Source of the DNA: Candidatus Aminicenantes bacterium
GTDB taxonomy: Bacteria; Acidobacteriota; Aminicenantia; Aminicenantales; Saccharicenantaceae
Assembly: GCA_037441785.1 (NCBI GenBank)
Contig: JBBIRN010000001.1
Location: 1-36,865 of the forward strand
Reading direction: 5' to 3'
Length of the DNA: 36,865 nt
Position numbers and translations under genes: made by a program. The notes beneath the pieces are model-generated. The model was not told the DNA's origin. It did not search any database and saw nothing but the letters and a program-made list of their open reading frames with translations. This document shows positions 25,559 through 34,468 of this stretch, piece after piece (positions within the stretch are counted from its first letter, which is position 1; each line of letters begins with the position of its first letter).

Positions 25559-26770
25559 ATGTCTGATGTTCACCAAACAGGTGTGGTGCCCACTTTCCAT
25601 CGCCTGGGAGAGTTGAAGATTGAGCGCATGGAACAGGAGCTCAGGGAATTTAATCGCCATCGGCCGATTGCTCTGGTTTTGCCGGTAACTCCGGCTGAAC
25701 TTGACTCGCCGGCTCTAAAAGTAATCCTCCATCATCTTCAAGACATAGATTATTTAAATGAAATAGTGGTGGTGCTTGGCCGAACTGATAAGGAAGAAGA
25801 TTTTCACAAGACAAAAAAGCTATTTTCTGTTTTACCGCAACGGCATCGGGTTATCTGGGCCTCGGGACCTCATCTGGGCGAGCTTTATAAAGTCCTGGAA
25901 GAGGCCGACCTCTCACCCGGTGGCGATGGCAAAGGAAGGTCAGCCTGGGTGGCTTATGGCTATATTCTGGCCCGGGAAGAAAGCCGGGTCATCGCCCTGC
26001 ATGACTGCGATATCGTGAATTACTCCCGGGAATTGCTGGCCCGACTCTGTTACCCGGTGGCTTCGCCCCATATTGATTATGCTTTCTGCAAAGGTTATTA
26101 CGCCAGGGTTACGGATAGACTGCATGGCCGGGTGACGCGTCTTTTTGTGTTTCCGCTCGTCAGAAGCCTTATCAGGATTTATGGCCACCTGCCTTTTCTG
26201 ACCTACCTGGACAGTTTCCGCTATCCGCTGGCTGGTGAATTTTCCATGGTGGCTGAGCTCGCCCGGATAAACAGAATACCTTCAGACTGGGGACTTGAAA
26301 TTGAGACTCTGGCCGAGGTTTACCGGAATTTTTCCCTCAGGCGAATCTGCCAGGCTGAAATCATGGAGACTTACGAGCACAAACATCAGCCTCTCTCAGC
26401 CGAAGATCCCAGCACCGGTCTGATGAAAATGTCCATAGATATTGCCAGGGCCGTCTTCAGAAACCTGGCCATTGAGGGAATTGTTCTGGCCGAAAGCACT
26501 TTGCGGACCCTGATTGTCAATTACCAGCGCACAGCCAAGGACTACGTCAAGCGCTTTCAAGATGAATCAGAAATAAACGGACTGGTATTTGATTATCACA
26601 AAGAAAGCCAGATGACAGAAGCTTTTACCCGGGCCCTGCAAATTGCCGGCCAGAAGTTTCTGGAAGACCCGCTCTATTCACCGCACATCCCCAACTGGAC
26701 CAGGGTGGTAGCTGCCATCCCCGATTTCCTGGACCAGCTTAGCTCTACTGTAGAAGAAATGAACCGCTAA
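25559..26770 (+). CDS. Glucosyl-3-phosphoglycerate synthase-like glycosyltransferase (GT81-type)
   Basis: AGGAGG RBS. The blocks GDGKGRSAW, HDCDI (DxD), HGRVTRL, YPLAGEF and GLEIETL match the conserved blocks I recall for GpgS enzymes. Confidence 0.7.
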   Translation: MSDVHQTGVVPTFHRLGELKIERMEQELREFNRHRPIALVLPVTPAELDSPALKVILHHLQDIDYLNEIVVVLGRTDKEEDFHKTKKLFSVLPQRHRVIWASGPHLGELYKVLEEADLSPGGDGKGRSAWVAYGYILAREESRVIALHDCDIVNYSRELLARLCYPVASPHIDYAFCKGYYARVTDRLHGRVTRLFVFPLVRSLIRIYGHLPFLTYLDSFRYPLAGEFSMVAELARINRIPSDWGLEIETLAEVYRNFSLRRICQAEIMETYEHKHQPLSAEDPSTGLMKMSIDIARAVFRNLAIEGIVLAESTLRTLIVNYQRTAKDYVKRFQDESEINGLVFDYHKESQMTEAFTRALQIAGQKFLEDPLYSPHIPNWTRVVAAIPDFLDQLSSTVEEMNR

Positions 26771-27292
26771 AAAAATGGGGACGCCATCTATATTTCCATT
26801 TTTTCTGTGACCCATCTTGGGGAAAATGGGGGCGGGAAAATGGGGACATAATCTATATTTCCGATTTTCTTTTGCTTCCGCGGTGAAAATTAACTCACCC
26901 CGGGGAAATTAGTAACTCTCTAAATTTGTAGGGAGAAAATTGGGCATGGTCGGAAAATAGGTAGGCCATAAAAGTGGCCATGCTTTAAAAGTTGTTATTT
27001 TCTACTACGACCATTTCCCCTTATTCACCAGTTTTCTTGTTCCATTATTTTAATAACGCAAATGTAAACAAAATTGTTGGACACGATAAGTTCCTCTCTG
27101 TTTTTGCCGCGGTAGATGGATGAAACATAAATTGATTTTCCTGCGGTTTTGACCTTGTTTAAGGTTCAGGTAGGTTCGGTGGGTGCCTTTCGGGTTAGTC
27201 CATCAGGTTATTCCCGAGCAGGTAAGTCATTTGCTCTTTGCCCGTCTTTAAATCCAGAAATTGGGGTTTGAGTATTATGTCCCCCACTTTTT
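26771..27292 (+). repeat. GGGGAC-arm repeat element, copy 3 (522 bp)
   Basis: Left arm has 3 units, the core is at 26978-27276, and one inverted unit ATGTCCCCCACTTTTT lies at 27277-27292. The element starts at the base after TAA 26768-26770. Confidence 0.9.
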
Positions 27293-27351
27293 AACCAAAA
27301 ACTAACATTTGACTCTCATTTTTTTAACATCTTCCCGGTAATTTATAGCCG

Positions 27352-28545
27352 ATGTATATAGCAATATTAATACTACTGGGTTTATCGGGCTTTTATCTCA
27401 GTTTGCTGACGGTCATGACCCTGGTTTACCGGCCGAAGCGGGAAAAACCTGGTCTGTCCAACGTTTTTCTGAAACAAAGTGATTATCCCTGGGTCAGCAT
27501 CTTAAAGCCGGTAAAAGGTGTTGATGATGGCCTGGAAGCCAACCTGGAATCTTTCTATCACCTTGATTATCCTGTTTATGAGATTCTGTTCGCGGTTGAT
27601 AGCTGGCAGGATAGAGAGGTCGAAATAATAAGAAGGGTGGTCGACCGACATCCGAAGATTTATACCAGAATTCTGGCCACGGGACATCACCCCACGGAAA
27701 ACCCTAAAATTCACAAATTGAGCTTTCTGGAGAACGAAAGCCGAGGCCGCCTGCTGTGGGTGACAGATGCTAATGTCAGAGTGGAACCGGATACTCTGAG
27801 ACGCCTGGTGGCTGAGTATAAAACAAGCGAGGCCAAGTTTATTTTTTCTCAAATTATGGGCGCTGGTAGTAATACTTTTGCCAGTCTGATGGAAAACACC
27901 AGCCTCAATTTTTTTACTTCGGGCAACGTAATTACTCTTTGGAAAATCTTTTCCAAGCCGGTAGTGGTCGGGAAGTCGATGTTGATTGACCGAGCGGCGC
28001 TTAAAACTCTTGGCGGTTTTAAGTACTTCAAGGATTATTTGGCCGAAGACTATCTGATTGGCAAATCCTTTATGGAAAGTGGGTTCAGAGTCAGCACTGA
28101 CTATACCTGGGTGACCAACATCAACCAACGAGTCACCATCAAGAGCTTTTACAAGAGAATGGCCAGGTGGGCCAGGCTGCGCTATCAATTGCATCGGCCT
28201 GCCTATTTATCTGAAATATTACTTAACCCCATATTTCTGGCGCTGGCCAGCCTGCCCCTGCTCGGGGCCAGTTTCTGGTGGCTCATTCCGCTGGCTGCCG
28301 GCTTTAAGATTTTACTGGAATATCTGAATTTCGTCGTGGTTAATGCTCAGGACCGTGGCCGTTGGCAAAATCATCTTTTATTTCCACTGACGGTAGTTAC
28401 CAAAGATTTAATACTTCTGGCGGTTTATCTGACTCCGTTTTTCAGTTCTACCGTAGACTGGCGCGGCGGCCGGATTAAAGTGGGCAAGAATTCATTAATC
28501 TGCCATAAGCCGAGTTTTGAACCATTAATTTATGAAGAAGCCTGA
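27352..28545 (+). CDS. GT21-type glycosyltransferase (ceramide glucosyltransferase / HpnI-like)
   Basis: N-terminal TM segment. SILKPVKGVDDGLEANLESFYHLDYPVYEILF is the typical Glyco_transf_21 opening. Also VTDANV and an RMARW (QxxRW-like) motif, with C-terminal TM helices. Confidence 0.75.
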   Translation: MYIAILILLGLSGFYLSLLTVMTLVYRPKREKPGLSNVFLKQSDYPWVSILKPVKGVDDGLEANLESFYHLDYPVYEILFAVDSWQDREVEIIRRVVDRHPKIYTRILATGHHPTENPKIHKLSFLENESRGRLLWVTDANVRVEPDTLRRLVAEYKTSEAKFIFSQIMGAGSNTFASLMENTSLNFFTSGNVITLWKIFSKPVVVGKSMLIDRAALKTLGGFKYFKDYLAEDYLIGKSFMESGFRVSTDYTWVTNINQRVTIKSFYKRMARWARLRYQLHRPAYLSEILLNPIFLALASLPLLGASFWWLIPLAAGFKILLEYLNFVVVNAQDRGRWQNHLLFPLTVVTKDLILLAVYLTPFFSSTVDWRGGRIKVGKNSLICHKPSFEPLIYEEA

Positions 28546-29881
28546 TTTAGCCCACATCATAGCCGTTCATATGGGGTTGGGTCATCTAAGGGCAGCTTAT
28601 CCTCTCCGAAATTTTTCCAGTAAAAGCATAATTATCTGGGGTTCTCGGAATTATGCTGCCCCCGGTGAGAAAAAATACTGGCGGTTAATAAGGAAAACTT
28701 ACTATTTCCTCTCAAGAGTCGGGTCCTTGCCGATTTTTGGCCGATTGGCTCTCAAGGTAATCATGGCCATCCAAAGGATTCCTCCTTTCTACCCGAAGAA
28801 GGATTTAAGCCGGCCCAACCTGGCGGTAAGGTTTCTTAAAATTCTGATAAAACGGGCCAGGCTGTGCAGGACTCTGCCTGATTATTTAGCTTCTGACAAC
28901 CTTCCTGTGATCAACACCTTCTATGCTACAGCCATAGCCCTGGAAAGCCTGAAAGAAAAAATACCCAGCCACAGAGAAAATTTTCTGATTATTTGTGATG
29001 CCGATATCAACCGGGTCTGGGTTCCAGAAGATCCAGGCGCCAGCAGCATCAAGTACCTGGTTCCCTGTACCCAGGTCAGAAACAGGCTGCTAACCTATGG
29101 GGTCAGGCCCGAACATATTTTTCTGACCGGTTTTCCATTGCCAGTAGAAAATGTGGGAACAGAAACCGGGCTGGAAGTTTTAAAGATAGACCTGCTGGCC
29201 AGGCTTTTACGCCTGGACCCATCCGGCAAATTCTTTGCCTATCACCGCTATTCGGTCTGCCACTGGCTGGGTCGCAAAACCATCCCGGAGCACAGAGAAA
29301 ATCATTTTACCGTGATGTTTGCTATCGGCGGGGCCGGAGCCCAGACCGAGCTGGCCAGGCGTATCTTGAAGAGTCTTGGTCCTTTAATCCGGACGGGCCG
29401 GGTCCGGCTGCTTCTGTCCTGTGGGGTTCAGCGCCGGGTTCTGGAAAAGACCCTTAAATTCATCAACCAACAGGGGCTCTGGGACGAAATCGGTCGCGAT
29501 ATCCATCTGATTTTCAGCGATAATGTTTTTGAGTATTTTGATTTGTTCAACCGCTGGCTCAGACAGACTGATGTCCTCTGGACCAAGCCCAGCGAACTTT
29601 CTTTTTATTGCGGCCTCGGCTTGCCAATTATTATGGCTGATCCTATAGGGCCACAGGAAGAACTCAATAAACGCTGGTTGATGGAAATCCATGCCGGGGT
29701 GGTTCCGCCTGGACCGCCGGAGTACTGTCAGGAATGGCTATTAGACCTCAGAGAGAACGGCCGCCTCGCCGAAGCCGCCTGGGACGGTTTTCTAAAGGCG
29801 CGCAAGCTCGGCACCTTTAAAATAAAAAAATTGCTTGAAACCGGGGAATATGCAGAAGAAATCTCGCCTTTAAAGCAGTAA
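28532..29881 (+). CDS. Putative GT-B glycosyltransferase (MGDG-synthase/GT28-like), function unknown
   Basis: Overlaps the GT21 gene by 14 nt. N-terminal HMGLGHLRAA resembles the G-x-GH motif of MGDG-synthase-like enzymes, and a second glycine loop FAIGGAGAQ is present. The assignment is weak. Confidence 0.5.
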   Translation: MKKPDLAHIIAVHMGLGHLRAAYPLRNFSSKSIIIWGSRNYAAPGEKKYWRLIRKTYYFLSRVGSLPIFGRLALKVIMAIQRIPPFYPKKDLSRPNLAVRFLKILIKRARLCRTLPDYLASDNLPVINTFYATAIALESLKEKIPSHRENFLIICDADINRVWVPEDPGASSIKYLVPCTQVRNRLLTYGVRPEHIFLTGFPLPVENVGTETGLEVLKIDLLARLLRLDPSGKFFAYHRYSVCHWLGRKTIPEHRENHFTVMFAIGGAGAQTELARRILKSLGPLIRTGRVRLLLSCGVQRRVLEKTLKFINQQGLWDEIGRDIHLIFSDNVFEYFDLFNRWLRQTDVLWTKPSELSFYCGLGLPIIMADPIGPQEELNKRWLMEIHAGVVPPGPPEYCQEWLLDLRENGRLAEAAWDGFLKARKLGTFKIKKLLETGEYAEEISPLKQ

Positions 29882-29959
29882 AGCACAGAGCCTTAAAATC
29901 TAAAATTTTCTGGCAACCATTTTGTCTTTTCGTCTGTCTTTATTTACGAGGTTTTAAAA

Positions 29960-30640
29960 ATGATTTCCATCAATTATTCGCTGGTTTTAAGAGTGGCGAT
30001 GGCCGATAATATGTTCGGGACCAACCTGACCAGCGATTCCACAGGAGAAAAGCTCTTGGAACTAACCACAAAAAACCAGCCCCCGGCTGAGCTGGCTCGC
30101 CTTATCAGCCTGGCTCAGTCCGGAAACCTGGAAGCTTTTGAACAACTTTACACTCTTTACAAGAAAAAAGTTTATGGCCTGGCTTTTAATTTGACCCGCG
30201 ACCACCAGACAGCAGAAGACCTGGTTCAGGACATTTTCCTGAAGATTTTCTCCTCCATAAGAGACATCAGCCGACCCGAACTTTTTCCCGCCTGGGTTTA
30301 CCGCATTGCCTTGAACACCTGTTACAGTTACCTGCGCCGGGGAAAATCCCTGGACCGCAAGCTGGAAGAAATTTTGCCCGCATCAGAAGGACAAACCGAT
30401 GAAGCTTTTGATTCCAGTGAAGATGACCTGGCCAGGTGTCTCAACCAGGTGCTGGCGGAGCTTCCCGAAAAACTGAGAACAGTCTTCCTGTTGCATGAAG
30501 TGGAAGGTTTAACTCACGAAGAAATTGCCGAGCTGCTAGGCTGTCAGGTAGGCACTTCCAAATCTCAACTTTTCAAAGCCAGAATGAAGTTGAGGAAAAT
30601 CCTCAAAAAAAAGAATCTCCTCAAAGGAGCAACCGTATGA
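29960..30640 (+). CDS. ECF (group IV) sigma-70 family sigma factor
   Basis: Region 2: DLVQDIFLKIF and WVYRIALNTCYSYLRR. Region 4.2: LTHEEIAELLGCQVGTSKSQLFKARMKLRKIL. Confidence 0.85.
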   Translation: MISINYSLVLRVAMADNMFGTNLTSDSTGEKLLELTTKNQPPAELARLISLAQSGNLEAFEQLYTLYKKKVYGLAFNLTRDHQTAEDLVQDIFLKIFSSIRDISRPELFPAWVYRIALNTCYSYLRRGKSLDRKLEEILPASEGQTDEAFDSSEDDLARCLNQVLAELPEKLRTVFLLHEVEGLTHEEIAELLGCQVGTSKSQLFKARMKLRKILKKKNLLKGATV

Positions 30641-31353
30641 AATGCCATAAAGCTTGGCGCTTGATAAACGAGCTGCTGGACGGGGAAATCCGGGAAAAAG
30701 ACCGGCTGCGGCTAGAAGCTCACTTGAAGGGCTGCTCTGCCTGCCGGCAAGTTCACGCTGACCTGAAAGCTATGAAAGCACTGGTTGCTCCAGCCGAAGC
30801 AGTTGAACCAGCAGATAGTGTCTGGGAAAGAGTGAAAAGCCGGCTGCAAGCGGAAGTTATTCCTGGCCTTCAAGAAGAATCAGCCAGAAACGCCCGGGAA
30901 AAGTTGGCCGAGAACAGAATTCCCTGGTTTAAACAGCCAAGTACGGCTATCAGGTATGCGATGGCCACTATAGTTTTTGTGGCTTTGGTGGCGGCGGCCT
31001 TTTTCCTGGGACGTAATTTTGAGAAAAGCGCGAGACCACAACTCCAGGCGGCGGCCGGCAATCCAGCTCTCCAGAAAATCCAGGAAGCGGAATATTACTA
31101 CAAGAAAGCTATTGAATCACTTTTTCAGGCAGTAAGAGAATCAGAGAACAATCTGCCGCCAGAGATGGTTGAAGTTTGGCAAGCTAACCTCAATGTTTTA
31201 GACCGGACCATTGAACGTTGCCAGCAGGCGGTTAATGACCAGCCGGATAACTTTCAAGCCCGTGAGTATCTGCTGAGTGCCTACAATTCCAAGCTGAATT
31301 TCCTTAACAACATGCTGGAAACAAAGAAATCCCTGGTGGCCCCGGGGGCTTGA
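30637..31353 (+). CDS. Anti-sigma factor (zf-HC2, single TM)
   Basis: ATGA overlap with the sigma-factor stop. H-x3-C-x2-C motif (HLKGCSAC). TM segment AIRYAMATIVFVALVAAAFFLG. Confidence 0.75.
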   Translation: MKCHKAWRLINELLDGEIREKDRLRLEAHLKGCSACRQVHADLKAMKALVAPAEAVEPADSVWERVKSRLQAEVIPGLQEESARNAREKLAENRIPWFKQPSTAIRYAMATIVFVALVAAAFFLGRNFEKSARPQLQAAAGNPALQKIQEAEYYYKKAIESLFQAVRESENNLPPEMVEVWQANLNVLDRTIERCQQAVNDQPDNFQAREYLLSAYNSKLNFLNNMLETKKSLVAPGA

Positions 31354-31457
31354 GCACGCTTAAGCAACTATGAGGAAGACAGAAATCACAAAATAAAAAA
31401 AATAAAAACAAGAAAAAATCAAAAGAAATGCGAAAAAAACATGAAAGGAGAAAAATC

Positions 31458-32426
31458 ATGAGGAAAAAAGAAAAACACCAACTCCAGGGTTTTATGGTCG
31501 GCCTGATTTTGCTTCTTGGTTGCTGGCTGGTTCTTCCCCTGGCCGCGGAGCATAAGTTTGAACAGAAATTTGAGAAGACTGTAAACCTGGCCAGAGATGG
31601 TCAGGTCCTGGTCAGCAATGTTTCTGGCGACATCAAATTTCTGGTCTGGAAAGAGGAGAAATTAAAAATAGAAGCAGTTAAGTATTCCTCCGCTTCTTCT
31701 GAAGCCAGGGCTAAGGAAAATGCTGATAAGGTAACGATTGAAGTCAGTGATAAACCAGGACTGGTAAAAATTGAAACCAGGTATCCGGAGTCAGGTAAAT
31801 GGTTCGGGGGCAATATAAATGTCACCGTGAATTACATCATCTGGGTTCCGGAACAAGCTTCCATAGAGAGCAAGACCGTCAGCGGAGATGTTCAGGTGGA
31901 AAACGCTGGTGGTGCCGTTAAAGTAGAGACCGTCAGCGGCGACGTCACGGTTATTGGCGGGAAAAAATCTGTCTACGTTAAAGCGGTCAGCGGAGATATC
32001 AGAGTAACCGGGGCGGAAGGCGATTGTGAGCTTAATTCTGTTTCCGGGGATATCCAGGTCAGTCAGGTCCAGGGCTCTGTTGAAGCTGAAGTAGTCAGCG
32101 GTTCCATAAAACTTGAAGATATCAGAGGGGCCAAAAAAGTTTCTGCCAAGTCCATAAGCGGCAACATCGTCTACCGTGGTCAGGTTTTACAGGATGGAAC
32201 CTACAAGTTCTCCAGTCATTCAGGCGAGGTGAAGTTGTATTTGCCGGCAGATTCTTCTTTTGACCTGGAAGCCTCTTCTTTTAGTGGCTCGGTTACCACC
32301 GATTTTCCAGTGGAAGTTGTGGGCAAGTTGAGCGGCAAGACTATTCAGGGCAAAGTAGGCAAAGGCGGAGCCGAAGTTTCAGCCAAAGCTTTCAGCGGCA
32401 ATGTGGAAATCAGGAAAGGCAGCTGA
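31458..32426 (+). CDS. DUF4097-type (putative adhesin / beta-helix) exported protein
   Basis: AAAGGAG RBS before ATG 31458 (ORF track starts at 31428). Signal or anchor LILLLGCWLVLPLAA. More than 8 repeats of the VSGDI/VSGDV/ISGNI motif. Confidence 0.75.
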   Translation: MRKKEKHQLQGFMVGLILLLGCWLVLPLAAEHKFEQKFEKTVNLARDGQVLVSNVSGDIKFLVWKEEKLKIEAVKYSSASSEARAKENADKVTIEVSDKPGLVKIETRYPESGKWFGGNINVTVNYIIWVPEQASIESKTVSGDVQVENAGGAVKVETVSGDVTVIGGKKSVYVKAVSGDIRVTGAEGDCELNSVSGDIQVSQVQGSVEAEVVSGSIKLEDIRGAKKVSAKSISGNIVYRGQVLQDGTYKFSSHSGEVKLYLPADSSFDLEASSFSGSVTTDFPVEVVGKLSGKTIQGKVGKGGAEVSAKAFSGNVEIRKGS

Positions 32427-32487
32427 TGGCCTAAGCTAAAACATGCCTGGCGCTGATTAAAGAATTAATACCAGAATAAGCCAAACA

Positions 32488-32518
32488 GGGGCGGGAAAAT
32501 TCCCGCCCCTTTTTTTTT
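32488..32518 (+). terminator. Rho-independent terminator
   Basis: GGGGCGGGAAAATTCCCGCCCC forms a perfect GC-rich hairpin, followed by nine T residues. Confidence 0.85.
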
Positions 32519-32572
32519 ATGGGTTTCAACCACCGGTAAAGGACAAAAAAAATAATATTGCAGATGTTTTTT

Positions 32573-32581
32573 TGCTATAAT
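32573..32581 (+). promoter_or_regulatory. Extended -10 promoter element TGCTATAAT upstream of cstA
   Basis: TGn plus a consensus TATAAT about 33 nt upstream of ATG 32614. No good -35 element at 17-nt spacing. Confidence 0.35.
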
Positions 32582-32613
32582 TTAGACTAATTATTTATAA
32601 AAGGATTAATAAC

Positions 32614-34434
32614 ATGCATGGATTAACGCTGGTAATTTTAGGTGCCTGTGTTTATGTTTTAGCCTACCGCTTCTATGGAGCTTTTATTGCGGCCAAGGTT
32701 CTGGCTTTTGATGCCAGCCGGACAACTCCGGCTTATCGCCTGCAGAATGGCTATGATTACGTGCCCACGCATAAGTTAGTGTTGTTCGGGCATCATTTTG
32801 CGGCCATTGCCGGAGCCGGACCGTTGGTCGGACCGGTGCTGGCGGCGCAATTTGGCTACCTGCCTGGCGTACTCTGGATTTTAATCGGGGCTGTGGTGGC
32901 CGGTGCGGTGCATGATATGGTTATTCTCTTTGCTTCCGTCCGCTACGATGGAGCTTCCATCATTGACATCACCAGGAAAGAAGTGGGAAAAGTTTCTGGA
33001 GCGGCTACGGCGGTGGCCGTTATTTTCATCCTGGTTATTGCCATGGCTGGGCTGGCCCTGGTCATTGTTAACGCTTTGTTTAATAGCCCCTGGGCTACCT
33101 TTACCGTCGGGGTTACCATTCCGATTGCCTTTCTGATGGCCATTTACATGAAGTGGATAAAACCGCATGACATTGTCGGGGCTACTGTCATCGGCGTCAG
33201 CCTCTTAATCCTGGCCGTGGCTTCCGGACCATTTATCGCTCGCTCCAGCCTGGCTCATTTCCTGACTTTTAATGCCAAACAAATGACAGTCATCCTGGCT
33301 TCTTACGGCTTCATGGCGGCCGTGCTGCCGGTCTGGTTGTTGCTTGTTCCGCGGGATTACCTGAGCACTTACATGAAGCTTGGGGTTATCTTCCTTTTAG
33401 CCATCGGGGTTATCGTGGTTAACCCGGCCATTAAAATGCCAGCTTTTACTTCTTTCGTCCACGGTGGCGGCCCGGTGATTCCTGGTAAAGTCTGGCCTTT
33501 CCTGTTTATTACTATTGCCTGCGGTGCCCTTTCGGGCTTTCATGCTCTCATTTCCAGCGGTACCACGCCCAAGATGATAAAAAATGAAAAGGACATGCTG
33601 CCCATTGCTTACGGAGCCATGCTGGCTGAAGGATTTGTGGCCCTGATGGCTTTAATCGCGGCTACCAGCCTGATTCCAGCCGATTACTTTGCCATCAACG
33701 TCCCGCCTGAGGTTTTCGAGAAATTAGGCATGAAAATAGTAGACCTGCCAGCTCTGTCTCAGCTGGTGGGTGAGAATGTGGCCGGACGTCCCGGAGGGGC
33801 GGTAACCCTGGGAGTCGGCATGACTTTTATTTTTTCTAAAATTCCTTTTCTGGCCAAGCTGGGAGCTTACATCTACCATTTTGTCGTCCTGTTTGAGGCC
33901 CTTTTTATCCTGACTACCATTGATGCCGGTACCCGGGTCGGTCGTTACCTTCTGCAGGAAGCTGGCGGGCTAGTTTTCAAGCCTTTAAAGAATAGAGACT
34001 GGTGGCCTGGCATTCTGCTGACCAGCTTTTTGATTTCATTTTCCTGGGGGTACCTGGTTTACGGCGGAAACATATCCACCATCTGGCCCTTATTCGGCAC
34101 TTCCAACCAGCTGCTCGGTGGCATTGCCCTGGCCCTGGGCACCACGGTGATTATTAAAAAGGGTAAAGCCCGTTACCTGTGGATAACCTTCATTCCTTTT
34201 CTTTTTATCAGCGCCACCACTCTGTATGCAGCTTATCTCAACATCGTCACTAACTACTGGCCCAAAGGAAACACCCTGTTGGTGGTCTTGTCTGTGGCCA
34301 TTATCATCCTGGCCCTGATTGTCCTGGTAGAGTCATTTATCAAGTGGTACAGGTGGCTGTTTAAAGAAAAATTGACGCTGGAACAGATTAAAGCCAGCCC
34401 CTTTGACGGCGAACTCAAGGTCGGCGAGGTATGA
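32614..34434 (+). CDS. cstA: Carbon starvation protein A (peptide/pyruvate transporter family)
   Basis: 606-aa polytopic membrane protein. Conserved CstA blocks include LAYRFYGAFIAAKV, HHFAAIAGAGPLVGPVLAAQFGYLPG and CGALSGFHALISSGTTPKM. Confidence 0.9.
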   Translation: MHGLTLVILGACVYVLAYRFYGAFIAAKVLAFDASRTTPAYRLQNGYDYVPTHKLVLFGHHFAAIAGAGPLVGPVLAAQFGYLPGVLWILIGAVVAGAVHDMVILFASVRYDGASIIDITRKEVGKVSGAATAVAVIFILVIAMAGLALVIVNALFNSPWATFTVGVTIPIAFLMAIYMKWIKPHDIVGATVIGVSLLILAVASGPFIARSSLAHFLTFNAKQMTVILASYGFMAAVLPVWLLLVPRDYLSTYMKLGVIFLLAIGVIVVNPAIKMPAFTSFVHGGGPVIPGKVWPFLFITIACGALSGFHALISSGTTPKMIKNEKDMLPIAYGAMLAEGFVALMALIAATSLIPADYFAINVPPEVFEKLGMKIVDLPALSQLVGENVAGRPGGAVTLGVGMTFIFSKIPFLAKLGAYIYHFVVLFEALFILTTIDAGTRVGRYLLQEAGGLVFKPLKNRDWWPGILLTSFLISFSWGYLVYGGNISTIWPLFGTSNQLLGGIALALGTTVIIKKGKARYLWITFIPFLFISATTLYAAYLNIVTNYWPKGNTLLVVLSVAIIILALIVLVESFIKWYRWLFKEKLTLEQIKASPFDGELKVGEV

Positions 34435-34468
34435 ACATGGTGTGCCGATTTTTGGTAGAATTATCAGG

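Noticed and set aside
29912-29935. ECF-type promoter GGCAAC...CGTCT upstream of the ECF sigma operon
   Set aside because: The spacing between the AAC and CGT elements is 13 nt, whereas ECF promoters typically have about 16-17 nt.
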